This document shows positions 10,638 to 20,252 of a stretch of DNA of 50,073 nt, one piece after another. Each line of letters starts with the position of its first letter. The first letter of the stretch is position 1. The notes beneath the pieces were generated by a model. It saw only the letters and a list, made by a program, of their open reading frames with translations. It was not told the DNA's origin and did no database searches. Source of the stretch: a virus (Duplodnaviria; Caudoviricetes); the IMG/VR virus record IMGVR_UViG_3300025610_000037, positions 1 through 50,073 of that record; one strand, written 5' to 3'. Both the position numbers and the translations under genes were made by a program.

Positions 10638-11236
10638 GCCGCGAACCCCCGCCCCAACATCGACGCGGACTCAACCGTGCCGCCTTGGTTCGACCACTCC
10701 CGCACCTGCGCCCGCACCGTGTGGTTCCCCGGCAGCAGGAAGAACGACGCCGTGACGTGGAACACGAGCTTCGCCGTGCCCGCGCTGCGGACAATGGCCT
10801 TGTTGCAGCGGGTCGCACTCGGCTCCCCGTCCACCAGCAGCCGGAACTCCACCGTCGCCGACGAGGCCACACTGGCGTAGGTGCCGTTCAGGTCGACCTC
10901 GAGGTCCAGCGGCTGCACCGTCGTGAACGTCAACTCAAGCTCGTCGCCGGACACCCCGTCGACCAACGTCCGCCACCGCTTGTCGTCCACGGCACTCGGC
11001 ATCGTCCAGGCGTTCGCCAACTCCTCGAACAGCAGCGAGCCGGACGAGTGCGTCACCGTCACCGTCTCAATGTCCGTCGACGGCTTCGCAGCATCGGACG
11101 TCGCAACCACGCCCTCGGCGATGTTGTTCTGGTCGAGGTTGCGCAGCACGTCCTCGGCGCGATGAAGCTCCTCCATCACGAGGTTCGCGTCGGCGATGTA
11201 GCCGTCGTGCGGCTGGTACTTCGGGCGGTAGTGCAT
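10634..11236 (-). CDS. Tail-associated structural protein (200 aa, start MHYRPKY)
   Basis: Start reassigned to ATG at 11236 (GGAGG SD, TGATG overlap); LRNLDQNNI motif; beta-rich. Confidence 0.55.
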   Translation of the reverse strand: MHYRPKYQPHDGYIADANLVMEELHRAEDVLRNLDQNNIAEGVVATSDAAKPSTDIETVTVTHSSGSLLFEELANAWTMPSAVDDKRWRTLVDGVSGDELELTFTTVQPLDLEVDLNGTYASVASSATVEFRLLVDGEPSATRCNKAIVRSAGTAKLVFHVTASFFLLPGNHTVRAQVREWSNQGGTVESASMLGRGFAA

Positions 11237-11439
11237 CAGTCCTCCGCCCAGTCCTCGAGGAACACCACGGCGCGCAGCAGCGCCGGCTCGTCGTCCAGTG
11301 ACGGCACCGGCGCGCCACCCATCTGCGCGAGCACCGAGTTGAGTGCGCGCAACGGATCGGCGGCGAACTCCCCGTCGGACACCGGCGCCGGAGAGTCCGC
11401 CAACGCGGCGCCCAGACGACGAAGCAGCACGTCGGTCAC
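11236..11439 (-). CDS. Hypothetical protein (67 aa)
   Basis: GTGA and TGATG overlaps with both neighbours, GGAGG SD. Confidence 0.6.
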   Translation of the reverse strand: MTDVLLRRLGAALADSPAPVSDGEFAADPLRALNSVLAQMGGAPVPSLDDEPALLRAVVFLEDWAED

Positions 11440-13412
11440 GACTCAGCCTCCACGTCCGTCCCCTGGTTGCGCTGCCCATGGCTCTCGTAGTACAGCCGGA
11501 ACCCGACGAGGCGCCAGGGCGCATTCTGCGCGACCGTGCCGATCTGCAGACCCAGTGCCTTTCCCGTCACCCGCGACGGCGAGGCCTCCGCGCCAGGCGT
11601 CTCCCGCCGGCTCAGGTCGATGCGCTTCGTACGCACGCGGCGCTCGTCCCAGACGCCCTCGCCCCAATCCCCCTGGTTCCACAGCGACGACGCGAAGTCC
11701 GGGTCCCGGGCCTTGAACGTGACGCTGTTGACGCTCGTCCGCTCGTCCCAGTCGAGGTACCACACCACCTGCACCGTGATGTCGCCCGTCTGGACGTAGT
11801 GCAGGTCGAGCCGCGTGAACGTCTTGTCCGCGTCCGGGTCCGACAGGAACATCCAGCGCGGACGCCACAGCCCGTTGTTGTTCGCCCCCAAGGCCGAGTC
11901 CGATGCGCCGTACAGTGCGAGGTCGTGGACGTCCTGTCCGCTGGCCTCGTAGGTGGCGCCGAGAATGATCTCACCCTCGTACTCCACCGCCGACGACAGG
12001 TCCCACCCCGTCGACCGCGTCACCGCCCCCGAGTCGATGTGGATCGCCCAGAGCTCGTTGACCTCGACGCCCGGACCCGCAGCCACCGCCAGCATCACGC
12101 GGCGCTCCACACGGTCCACCCACGCGAAGGAGCGGTTGAGGTGCGCCCGGGGCAGCAGCGCCACCATGCCGTTGATCTGGTCCGACAGCGGCCGCACCCG
12201 CGCGCCGTCGAACACGAAGAACCCCTGCTCGCCGAGGAAGTAGACGCGACCCTCAAACGATGCGATCGCCAGGTCGTTCACCGCCCCCGCACTGTCCGAC
12301 ACCGGCCGCAACAGCGGGTTGCCGTCCTTGTCCTGCGTCAGCATGTGAACCGACTGGTCCTTGAACAGCACCGCGTAGTCCTGCCCGGTCGCCCAGCCAG
12401 TCACCCGGCTTCCGTCCCCCGCGCCCACCTCGAGCACGTTCTGCACCGGCACCCGCTCGGGCTGGTTCGGCTCGCTGTACTCCACCAGCGACACGTCGCC
12501 GGCCGGCTTGTAGTAGACGCGCCCGCGGAACCCGAAGCACCACTCCGCGATCGACGGCGCCGACTGAGTTCCGTCTGCCCCGAAGATGAGGTTGCCCTCT
12601 TCGCCAGGCTCCTCCCCCGACCAGTAGTGCGTCGACAGCGTGCCCGGCACACGGCGCAGGAACTGCAACGACGCGCCCCCGTCCACCGTGCGGTACACGT
12701 TCTTGGCCACGATGTCGTCCGACGGAGGCTCTCCGTCGCACACCACCAGGAACCCGTACAGGTCGCCGGCAGTCAGGTCTTCGTCGGAGACGACCTCGCT
12801 CAACGGGCTCATCTCCGACTCCTGCCCGCGCTCGTTCACCCAGGTGTAGCCGAACTGGTAGTCGAAGTCGGTGGCCGTCTTCTTGATCGACCCGCCACTG
12901 AACATGCCGTCGCCCTGCGTCGACGACTGGTCCTGCAGCCGGTACACCTGCGGAGCCGTCGGGGCAGCCGCGATCCCGATGGGAGTCGTCTTCCGGCCGT
13001 CCCACTTCAGGTTCGGGTCGCGCCCGTTGCAGATGAGCAGGATCTCGTTGACCTGGTGGAAGCGGTCCGCCTCGATGGGCTGGGCAGCTGTCTGCCGACC
13101 AGAGGCGATGTCGTACACCGCGTTGCCGCGCAGCACGGACACCTTGCCGCCGCGGCTCATCACGAGCTCGGTCACGCCGTCCCGGGCGTAGGTCCCGAGT
13201 GACCACGGCCGACCGCCGGTGAACGGCCCGCTCGGGTCCGTCCAGTCCACCAACGCCGCGGCGCCTGGCTGCTTGATGACCTCGCCGCGGCGCGTGAAAA
13301 GCACGCCGTCGGTGTCGGACGAGGTGCCCTCGCCCTGCCAGATCCGATCGTCCATCCCCGCCGTGTTCGCCGGGAACCAGACAGACCCCGCACCCTGGGC
13401 ATTCTTAGCCAT
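11436..13412 (-). CDS. Tail nozzle / tail tubular protein B-like (beta-propeller)
   Basis: Size, repeated beta-blade pattern (VYFLGEQGFFVFDG, LICNGRD..KWDG), position after adaptor; start at TGATG overlap. Confidence 0.7.
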   Translation of the reverse strand: MAKNAQGAGSVWFPANTAGMDDRIWQGEGTSSDTDGVLFTRRGEVIKQPGAAALVDWTDPSGPFTGGRPWSLGTYARDGVTELVMSRGGKVSVLRGNAVYDIASGRQTAAQPIEADRFHQVNEILLICNGRDPNLKWDGRKTTPIGIAAAPTAPQVYRLQDQSSTQGDGMFSGGSIKKTATDFDYQFGYTWVNERGQESEMSPLSEVVSDEDLTAGDLYGFLVVCDGEPPSDDIVAKNVYRTVDGGASLQFLRRVPGTLSTHYWSGEEPGEEGNLIFGADGTQSAPSIAEWCFGFRGRVYYKPAGDVSLVEYSEPNQPERVPVQNVLEVGAGDGSRVTGWATGQDYAVLFKDQSVHMLTQDKDGNPLLRPVSDSAGAVNDLAIASFEGRVYFLGEQGFFVFDGARVRPLSDQINGMVALLPRAHLNRSFAWVDRVERRVMLAVAAGPGVEVNELWAIHIDSGAVTRSTGWDLSSAVEYEGEIILGATYEASGQDVHDLALYGASDSALGANNNGLWRPRWMFLSDPDADKTFTRLDLHYVQTGDITVQVVWYLDWDERTSVNSVTFKARDPDFASSLWNQGDWGEGVWDERRVRTKRIDLSRRETPGAEASPSRVTGKALGLQIGTVAQNAPWRLVGFRLYYESHGQRNQGTDVEAES

Positions 13413-14662
13413 CAGCCGGGTGTCCACATCCAGTCGGCAGCCACCTTCGGGTCGCGCACCAGACGGGCGCCGCGGCCACCCATCACCCCGACCCGCTGCC
13501 GGTTCGGCTTCTGCGCACGCAGCATCCGGGCGATGCCAGCCTCGAACCGAGCACGCGCCTGGTTCGCACGGCCCTGCTCATCGGCAGCCTCGAGCATCAA
13601 CGCCTCGGCGCCGTCCAGCACGACGTGGTGCCACCGGGCGTCCATCAGCGGCGTGTCGTTGTCCTCCCGCATCCCGCGGGGCTCCATCGTGTACACGAAC
13701 TGCAACTGGTAGGTCGTGTCCGGGTAGGGCCACAGCCGCACCACGATGTTGCCGGCGCCGTCGGCCGGCGGGTCGCCCAGCAGCTGGTCCGGCACGTCGT
13801 CCTGGAACGTGTACGACGTCGGGAAGACCACCGTCGGGTCCTCCTCCTTGCACAGGTACGGCGTGCTGCCGTTCGCCTTGCTCCGGTACACCCGCACCAG
13901 GTAGCCGCCGGGGACGTGGTCGCCCGCCGCGAAGTTCTTGTTGAACGTCGCCTGCCACATGTTGCTGTTGCCGATCGCCACCGACAGTGACGACGACAAC
14001 TGGGACTCCTGCCCCGTCTGCTTGTCGTAGTACGAGTACCAGTACTGGTACGTCGCAGCCCCCGGGCCCGAACCGCCCGTGCTGTCCGACATCGTCGGGA
14101 ACGGCACGCTCGGCGGCGCCAACGGCGCGATCCGGTCCACGCTGAAGTGCGACGGCATCCCGCTGCTGTCCGGGTTCATGCGGCTCATCTCGAGCGCACT
14201 CATCGGCTGCAGGTGCGTCACCGACGGGCTCGACTGCACCATCACCGCCTGCAACTGCGACGACGCGCCGCGGGGCAGGCAGACCTCGTCGAAGCGGGTC
14301 ACGAGGCTCAGGTCGGTCGCCGTCGTTCCCTGGAACGGGCGGTCGAGACGCACCGCCTGCGTGCCCGTCTGCCGCACCACCCGGTACAGGTAGCCGCCCA
14401 CGACCACGCGCTTCCCCGTCGACGTCGGGAAGAAGAAGCCCGTCGACGAGGTCAGGTCTGCGCTGTTGGTGCTGGCAGAGACGTCCGCCGTCGTCGCCGT
14501 CGCAAACGTGCGGGCGAAGTGCGTGCGACGCAGGAACGCCCACGTCGTGCGGCTGTAGATGTCGAGCTCCGCCTGCAGCAGGAACGCGTTGAGGTCGGAG
14601 GTCCGGTAGGACCCGTCCGACCGGCGCCGCTGGAGGGCCGACCGGCCTTCGGAAAGGTTCAT
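13412..14662 (-). CDS. Head-tail adaptor / tail tubular protein A-like with inserted beta domains
   Basis: N-terminal LNAFL...W.FLR and C-terminal LWPYPD...DNDTPLMD.RWH motifs typical of podovirus adaptors. Confidence 0.65.
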   Translation of the reverse strand: MNLSEGRSALQRRRSDGSYRTSDLNAFLLQAELDIYSRTTWAFLRRTHFARTFATATTADVSASTNSADLTSSTGFFFPTSTGKRVVVGGYLYRVVRQTGTQAVRLDRPFQGTTATDLSLVTRFDEVCLPRGASSQLQAVMVQSSPSVTHLQPMSALEMSRMNPDSSGMPSHFSVDRIAPLAPPSVPFPTMSDSTGGSGPGAATYQYWYSYYDKQTGQESQLSSSLSVAIGNSNMWQATFNKNFAAGDHVPGGYLVRVYRSKANGSTPYLCKEEDPTVVFPTSYTFQDDVPDQLLGDPPADGAGNIVVRLWPYPDTTYQLQFVYTMEPRGMREDNDTPLMDARWHHVVLDGAEALMLEAADEQGRANQARARFEAGIARMLRAQKPNRQRVGVMGGRGARLVRDPKVAADWMWTPG

Positions 14663-14690
14663 CGGTCAGCCCTCCAGGGCGGGCGCGGGC

Positions 14691-15140
14691 TCAGGCGTTG
14701 GCGCGGTAGAGCACCACGACCGCGAGGTCGTCGAGGTTGGGGGCCGAGGCAGCCTTGGTGAACTTCACCGCGAGCTCCGTCCCCTGCGCGATGCGCTGGT
14801 TCTGGTCGGGCGTGAACTGCCGGGGCACGTTGGCGGTGAACCCGGTGGTCTGGGTGTCCTGGGCCGACGAGAACAGGCTCGTGGTCGCCGTGCCGGCCGA
14901 CCCCTTCGCCTGGAAGTCGATGGCCCAGTAGTTCGTGCCGCTCGCCGCCACCGTCGCGCTGGACACGACGTAGATGTCGACGATCTCGACATCGCTCTCC
15001 ATGGCGATGGCGATAGCGATGAACCCCGTGTTGGTCGAGGTGGTCCCGATGAAGGTCGAGACGCGCTCGCGGATGGACGCCAGCGGGTGGCGCAGGCCCA
15101 ACTGCGGGTACTTGCGGATGTCGACGCCGAGCGAGGCCAT
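14691..15140 (-). CDS. Probable capsid decoration protein (149 aa)
   Basis: Beta-sandwich composition, strong SD, downstream of capsid. Confidence 0.5.
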   Translation of the reverse strand: MASLGVDIRKYPQLGLRHPLASIRERVSTFIGTTSTNTGFIAIAIAMESDVEIVDIYVVSSATVAASGTNYWAIDFQAKGSAGTATTSLFSSAQDTQTTGFTANVPRQFTPDQNQRIAQGTELAVKFTKAASAPNLDDLAVVVLYRANA

Positions 15141-15163
15141 GGCGCCCTCCCTTCAGGTTGGGG

Positions 15164-15631
15164 TCAGCGGCCGCGGCGGCCGAACAGGATGACCTTGATG
15201 GTGCCGTCGCCCGAGGCGTTCGCGGCCTCGGCCTTGCCGATCACCTGGTCGAGGAGGACCAGGTGCGCCACCGTGGTCGGGGGGACCGTCAGTGCCGCGC
15301 TCACGACGAGGTTGTTGGCCGGGCCCGCCCAGTTGGGCGTCAGGTAGTCGTCGATGGCGATGGTGCCGTTGACGGCGGCGATGTCGACGGGGCCCTGGAT
15401 GCGGACGATGACGTCCTCACCCTCGCCGATCTTCTCCGTGCCGCGGCCGAGGACCACGCCGTAGTCGCCGAACCACTCGCCGCCGGTGTTGAGTGCCGAG
15501 ATGTCGACGGTCGTGTAGCCGTCGTCGCTCGTCAGGTCGATGAGGACGAGGTCGCCCGGGGCGACGCCGGCCGACTGGCCGACCTTCGCGCCGATGTCCA
15601 CGACCTCCGGGTATCCGCCGAACTGGGACAT
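15164..15631 (-). CDS. Probable capsid cement/decoration protein (155 aa)
   Basis: GDLV, VRIQGP and IGKA motifs of beta-tulip-type cement proteins; directly after major capsid. Confidence 0.55.
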   Translation of the reverse strand: MSQFGGYPEVVDIGAKVGQSAGVAPGDLVLIDLTSDDGYTTVDISALNTGGEWFGDYGVVLGRGTEKIGEGEDVIVRIQGPVDIAAVNGTIAIDDYLTPNWAGPANNLVVSAALTVPPTTVAHLVLLDQVIGKAEAANASGDGTIKVILFGRRGR

Positions 15632-15653
15632 GATGTTCTCCTTCTCCAGTTGC

Positions 15654-16745
15654 TCAGAACTGGACGGTGCCGCTGAAGTTGATGCAGCCCTGGCGGCGCT
15701 GCGAGGCGTTGCCGAGGACCCACGAGCAGTACATGTTACGGATCGCGACGTCGGCGTTGGGCGGCGTCATGAAGTCCGTGAAGCGGAAGAAGTCGTCCCG
15801 CAGGAAGTACAGCTGGAAGCCGATGCCGGTGGCCTTGCCCATCGGGCCGCGCAGGGCGTCGGGGCCCTCGAAGTCGGACGCCGACAGGTTGTAGTCGTCG
15901 ACCTTGCGGCGGCCGGTCGTGGTCAGCATGAACAGCTTGCCGGTGTTCTTCAGCTGGTGCTCGGGGACGAGAGCCATGCCGTTGAACATCAGGTTCAGGA
16001 AGCCCTGGTCCCAGAGCTTCTTGTCCCGCTCGCGCTGGTTGGGCGCCACCGTCTCCTTGTAGAAGCGGTAGACGGCCGGGTCGCACGGGCCGATGTCCGG
16101 GTGCGTGCCGAGCTCGGAGGCGTCCATGTAAACCTCCTCCATCACCTCGAGGCCGTCGGTGCCGAACGCGGTGATCTGCCCGAACTGGTTGACCCAGTTG
16201 GCGTACGCGTTGGACGCGGCGCCGGCCTTCGGGATGTTGCCGACCGTGCGGGTCTGGTTCGCCGTCGTGTCGAAGTCGAGGTGCGACTCCAGCCCGTTCA
16301 GGTCCTTCGCGGCCGACGAGTTGTCGGCGAAAAACTGGCGGGACATGTCGTTCTTGACGCTGATGCACATCTGCGTCTCGTGCGTCTCGACCAGCGAGAC
16401 GACCTGGGCGCCGCCGGCCTTGGCGTTCTCCGACATCTCGGTCTTGTCCAAGACCATGCCGCCCCAGAGCTTGTACCAGCCGACGTACCGGGCCTCCTGC
16501 GGAGCGTCCTGCGGAGCCGAGGTGTGCGTCTCGTACTTCGAGATCGAGCGCACGTTGCTCGACTCCTTCAGCACGACCGGGCACTTCACCTCGGTGCCGC
16601 CGACCAGCTTGTAGGCGCCCTGGTTGAACATGTGCATGAGCGTCGGCGACGCCTGCACGATGTCGAACACGACCTCCTTCTTCCGGTGCTCGGCGGTGGT
16701 CGTGTAGACCCGGTTGAGCGGGTCGATGGTGATCGACTGGGTCAT
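15654..16745 (-). CDS. Major capsid protein (HK97 fold)
   Basis: 363 aa after scaffold; GGTEVKCPV, DLNGLE, GFLNLMFNG and RRQG motifs; strongly biased codons. Confidence 0.85.
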   Translation of the reverse strand: MTQSITIDPLNRVYTTTAEHRKKEVVFDIVQASPTLMHMFNQGAYKLVGGTEVKCPVVLKESSNVRSISKYETHTSAPQDAPQEARYVGWYKLWGGMVLDKTEMSENAKAGGAQVVSLVETHETQMCISVKNDMSRQFFADNSSAAKDLNGLESHLDFDTTANQTRTVGNIPKAGAASNAYANWVNQFGQITAFGTDGLEVMEEVYMDASELGTHPDIGPCDPAVYRFYKETVAPNQRERDKKLWDQGFLNLMFNGMALVPEHQLKNTGKLFMLTTTGRRKVDDYNLSASDFEGPDALRGPMGKATGIGFQLYFLRDDFFRFTDFMTPPNADVAIRNMYCSWVLGNASQRRQGCINFSGTVQF

Positions 16746-16771
16746 GTCGTTCTCCTGAGCCCTCTACCGGG

Positions 16772-17602
16772 CTAGTTGGTTCCGAAGGCCTCGGCGAGGG
16801 CGGCGTTCGCCACCTCGATGTCGGTCTGCGAGCTTCGCGGCGGGGTCGGAGCCCCAGCCTGGGTGGACAGGGGCGCGGCCTCGCGCTTCGCGACCGCCGT
16901 CTTGCGCATCTGCGCCAGCTTCGACGCGGCCTGCTGCTCGGCGCGGCGGGCCATCGCGACGCTGCCAGCGGCAGCCACGGCGGCGTCGGGGTTCGAGTCG
17001 GCCAGAGCGCGTAGGGACGGGTCACTGCCGATGACCTCGGCGATGCTGTCGCCCAGCCCGCGGATGGCCGCGCGAGCCGGGTCCGCGCTCAGGTAGTTCT
17101 GGAAGGCACTGCGGATGCTGCCCTCCCAGCGGATCTTGTCGAGGGCGGGCTTGACGTCGTTCAGGCCCAGGGCGGCGAGCCGCTCCTCGACGATGGCCGA
17201 CGCGCGCTCCTCGACGCGGTGATCCATGTACCCGACCGGGTTCGCCCTGATGTCGTCGGGCGTCCACGACTTCGCCGGCTCGGCCTGCGGGGGCTCCTGC
17301 TGCTGCGGAAGCGCCGCAAGGCGGGCCTGGTACTCGGCCTCCAGCCGACGCCGCTCCTCGGCGACGGACTGCGTCTTCTGCGTGTAGTCGCGGCCCCGCA
17401 GGAAGCCTCCCTCCAACTCCTCGCGGAGGTGCTCGGGGGCACTGGCCATCCAGTCGTCCAGCGTCTGCAGGTTGGCAGTCGGGTCCTCGGGCTGCGCATC
17501 GGCCAGGGCGGGCTCGGCGGGCTGCTCGATCACCGACGCGCCACTCTCGTCCAGGTTGCCGTCGTCGACGGTCCCTTCCGAGTTGGTGGTGTCGTCCAGC
17601 AT
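16772..17602 (-). CDS. Capsid scaffolding protein
   Basis: Acidic N-terminus, GFLRGRDYTQKTQSVAEERR scaffold motif; start at MLDD with GGAGG SD. Confidence 0.8.
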   Translation of the reverse strand: MLDDTTNSEGTVDDGNLDESGASVIEQPAEPALADAQPEDPTANLQTLDDWMASAPEHLREELEGGFLRGRDYTQKTQSVAEERRRLEAEYQARLAALPQQQEPPQAEPAKSWTPDDIRANPVGYMDHRVEERASAIVEERLAALGLNDVKPALDKIRWEGSIRSAFQNYLSADPARAAIRGLGDSIAEVIGSDPSLRALADSNPDAAVAAAGSVAMARRAEQQAASKLAQMRKTAVAKREAAPLSTQAGAPTPPRSSQTDIEVANAALAEAFGTN

Positions 17603-17631
17603 CGAATCCTCCAAGTCGTGCTGCCGTGACA

Positions 17632-17709
17632 TTGTGAAACAACGCCTTGCAGTCACGAGGCGTTTATAAGCAACCTGCAGCAACTGACATTTGCAACAAG
17701 GACTGCCTG
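17632..17709. promoter_or_regulatory. Divergent AT-rich control region between scaffold and portal
   Basis: AACGCCT/AGGCGTT inverted repeat; AACTGACATTTGCAA motif shared with 761-775. Confidence 0.45.
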
Positions 17710-19614
17710 ATGAGCCGCAAGATTCCCATCTCCGACGACGACATCCTGATGTGGCTGCGGCGCATCGACGACGCGCGCAAGCGGCGGGACACCGACCACC
17801 TGCCGTACTGGCAGCGGGTGTTCCAGTCCTACTCCGCGATCCGCCCCGAGAACGCCATCGACGTCAATCCGGACGTAGTCGGCGAGAACATCCACTTCAA
17901 CTTCATCCTGTCGACGGCCAACACCATCCTGCCGTCGGTCATCAACGCGCACCCCGCCATCCGCGTGCGGCCTCGGCGCGGCGAAGACCGCGACTCCGCC
18001 AGCAAGACCCAGAACGCCGTCAACTACGCCTGGCGCGAGTCCGACACGACGAAGACCGTCAAGAAGATCGTCCTCGACACGCTGCTGTTCGGTGTCGGGA
18101 TCGGCAAGACGGTCTACGACTCCGGCGGCGCAGCCCTGACCCCCGAGGACTTCGACGACGGCCCGGAGAAGATCGACGAGGACCCCGACCGCCTCACCCC
18201 CGAGCAGCAGCGCGAACTGCAGAAGGCAGTCGGCGATGGTGTGCTGCTGGACGCCGGCGACCCGCAGGACAACCCGCGGCTGCTTCGCGTGCCCATCGAG
18301 CGGTTCCTCGTGCCCCAGGGCTACACCGAAATCAACCAGATGCCGTGGATCTGCGAAGAGATCCCCTACCCGCTCGACGACATCAAGCGTGACCCGCTCT
18401 ACCGCGTGGACAGCAGCATCGAGGCCAACTACGAGCTCAAGTCCCGCCTGCACGTCGAGACGCAGATGGAGCGATACCGCAGCGGCGACGACAGCCGTCA
18501 GAAGCACATCCTCGTTTACGAGATCCGCTACTGGGAAAAGACGAAGCGCGGCATGGAGCGCCGGCTGCTCTACCTGACGAACGCCTCCACCGACACCGTC
18601 CAGCACAAGGTGCTGCGGCACGTCGTCGACCCGCTCGAGATGAAGGGCTATCCCTACGACACGCTGAAGTTCGTCGACGTGCCCGGCGAGTTCTACAGCA
18701 CGCAGGTCGCGGACCTCGCCGCCATCGAGCCCATCGCCGAGCGGCTGAACGACTCCCTCGCCTACAGCATGCGCCACCAGCGGCTGAACTCCCGGCGCAA
18801 GTACATCATCTCCGCCGACCTCGATGAGGAGGGCGCTGTCGACCAGCTGTTCTCCTCCGACGAGGACATGGCGTACGCGGCGATCCCCGGGCTCGTCGAT
18901 GCGCGCGCCGCGGTCGCCCTGCTGCCCGAGGCCCCGCCGAGTTCCGACACCCCGTTCGTGCAGCGCATGCTCCAGCAGATGATGTACGAGATCAGCGGCG
19001 TCACCACCTACCAGCGCGGTGGCGTTGGTCGGAAGGGCACCACGGCGACCGAGGCCGCCATCGCCGCCGATGCGTCCGCGGGGCGCGCGGGGATCCGCCG
19101 CACTGAGACGGAGGCCTTTGTCGCCTCGGTCGGGCGCCGCTACATCTCGGTGATGCGGCAGTTCTGGGACCAGCCGCGGTTCATCCGCATCGCCGGCCAG
19201 GGCCCCAACGGCGAGGACGGCTTCGAGCAGTTCTCCTCGGAAGACATCAAGGGCTTCTACGACATCGAGGTCGCCGCCGGCACGCTGCAGCCCATCGACC
19301 CCGCGGCCGAGCAGAACGCCTTCATTGGCCTGCTGCAGACCATCAACCAGATGCTGCCGACGCTGCAGGGCCTCGCGCAGCTGGGGCTCGCCGATGAGAA
19401 GGTCATCGCCAACTTCCTCGACCGCGCCATGCAGGTGTGGAACCAGGACAAGCGCGAACTCATCGGACCGTTGGCCCAGTTGAACTCCCTGCTCGGCAGC
19501 GGGTTCGGCGGTGGCGGCGGCGAGGTGGCCCCTGACGAGATCGACGGCCGAGGGATGGACCCCTCGGGCGGTGCCCTGGCCGGGCCGAACAACACGCCCG
19601 GCAACCTGACCTGA
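17710..19614 (+). CDS. Portal protein (P22-like)
   Basis: 634 aa; DTLLFGVGIGK, EISGV...RG...TATEA and YDIEV motifs. Confidence 0.85.
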   Translation: MSRKIPISDDDILMWLRRIDDARKRRDTDHLPYWQRVFQSYSAIRPENAIDVNPDVVGENIHFNFILSTANTILPSVINAHPAIRVRPRRGEDRDSASKTQNAVNYAWRESDTTKTVKKIVLDTLLFGVGIGKTVYDSGGAALTPEDFDDGPEKIDEDPDRLTPEQQRELQKAVGDGVLLDAGDPQDNPRLLRVPIERFLVPQGYTEINQMPWICEEIPYPLDDIKRDPLYRVDSSIEANYELKSRLHVETQMERYRSGDDSRQKHILVYEIRYWEKTKRGMERRLLYLTNASTDTVQHKVLRHVVDPLEMKGYPYDTLKFVDVPGEFYSTQVADLAAIEPIAERLNDSLAYSMRHQRLNSRRKYIISADLDEEGAVDQLFSSDEDMAYAAIPGLVDARAAVALLPEAPPSSDTPFVQRMLQQMMYEISGVTTYQRGGVGRKGTTATEAAIAADASAGRAGIRRTETEAFVASVGRRYISVMRQFWDQPRFIRIAGQGPNGEDGFEQFSSEDIKGFYDIEVAAGTLQPIDPAAEQNAFIGLLQTINQMLPTLQGLAQLGLADEKVIANFLDRAMQVWNQDKRELIGPLAQLNSLLGSGFGGGGGEVAPDEIDGRGMDPSGGALAGPNNTPGNLT

Positions 19615-19622
19615 GGAGAGAC

Positions 19623-20252
19623 ATGCCGCTCTACACCTTCCAGTGTGCCCACGAGCGCGGTTGCGGCCGCCCCTTCCCGCTCGAGAAGTACATGAACCTC
19701 TACCAGTACGAGCAGTCCCGGGCTCGGCAGTTCAAGGACATCGAGTGCCCGCGCTGCGGACGGATGGGCGCGAAGCGGTGGTTCGGCCCCGGCTCCATGC
19801 CGCACGACATCACCCCGAAGGGCACGTTCGGACGCACGAACTCGCCCGGGCTGAAGGGCAAGATGTACTACGGCAAGGAGGAGCGCGACCGGATGACCGA
19901 CTCCGTCGGCACCGTCATCGACGACAGCCGGTCCGACTACCAGGGCGGCAGCCGCAACCCCGGCGCCGTCAAGCACATCATGGTCGACGGCAAGCTGACC
20001 GAACTCGTGCGCCCCGAGAAGCCGTCCGAGAAGCAGGTCGTCACCTGGCTCGAGCTCTACGGCGAGCCGGCGTCGGCGAAGAAGATCGCCAGCAAGACCG
20101 GCCTGTCCGTCAGCGCCGTGCGCCAGGCCTGCTACCGCCTGAAGGCCGAGGGCGGCCCGCTCGCCAACCCGTCGAAGGGCCGCTACTCCTACGTCGGCTA
20201 CCCGACCGCTACTGGCGCCGCACCCCCGAACGTGCGCGCGCCTCGCGCCTGA
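19623..20252 (+). CDS. FmdB-like zinc-ribbon protein with C-terminal winged-HTH
   Basis: MPLYTFQC...CG...CPRCG; C-terminal SAKKIASKTGLSVSAVRQACYRL. Confidence 0.7.
   Translation: MPLYTFQCAHERGCGRPFPLEKYMNLYQYEQSRARQFKDIECPRCGRMGAKRWFGPGSMPHDITPKGTFGRTNSPGLKGKMYYGKEERDRMTDSVGTVIDDSRSDYQGGSRNPGAVKHIMVDGKLTELVRPEKPSEKQVVTWLELYGEPASAKKIASKTGLSVSAVRQACYRLKAEGGPLANPSKGRYSYVGYPTATGAAPPNVRAPRA

Noticed and set aside
683-13202. Long plus-strand ORFs (559, 873, 562, 710, 619 aa) opposite the structural genes
   Set aside because: Antisense shadows expected at high GC3; no motifs or SDs
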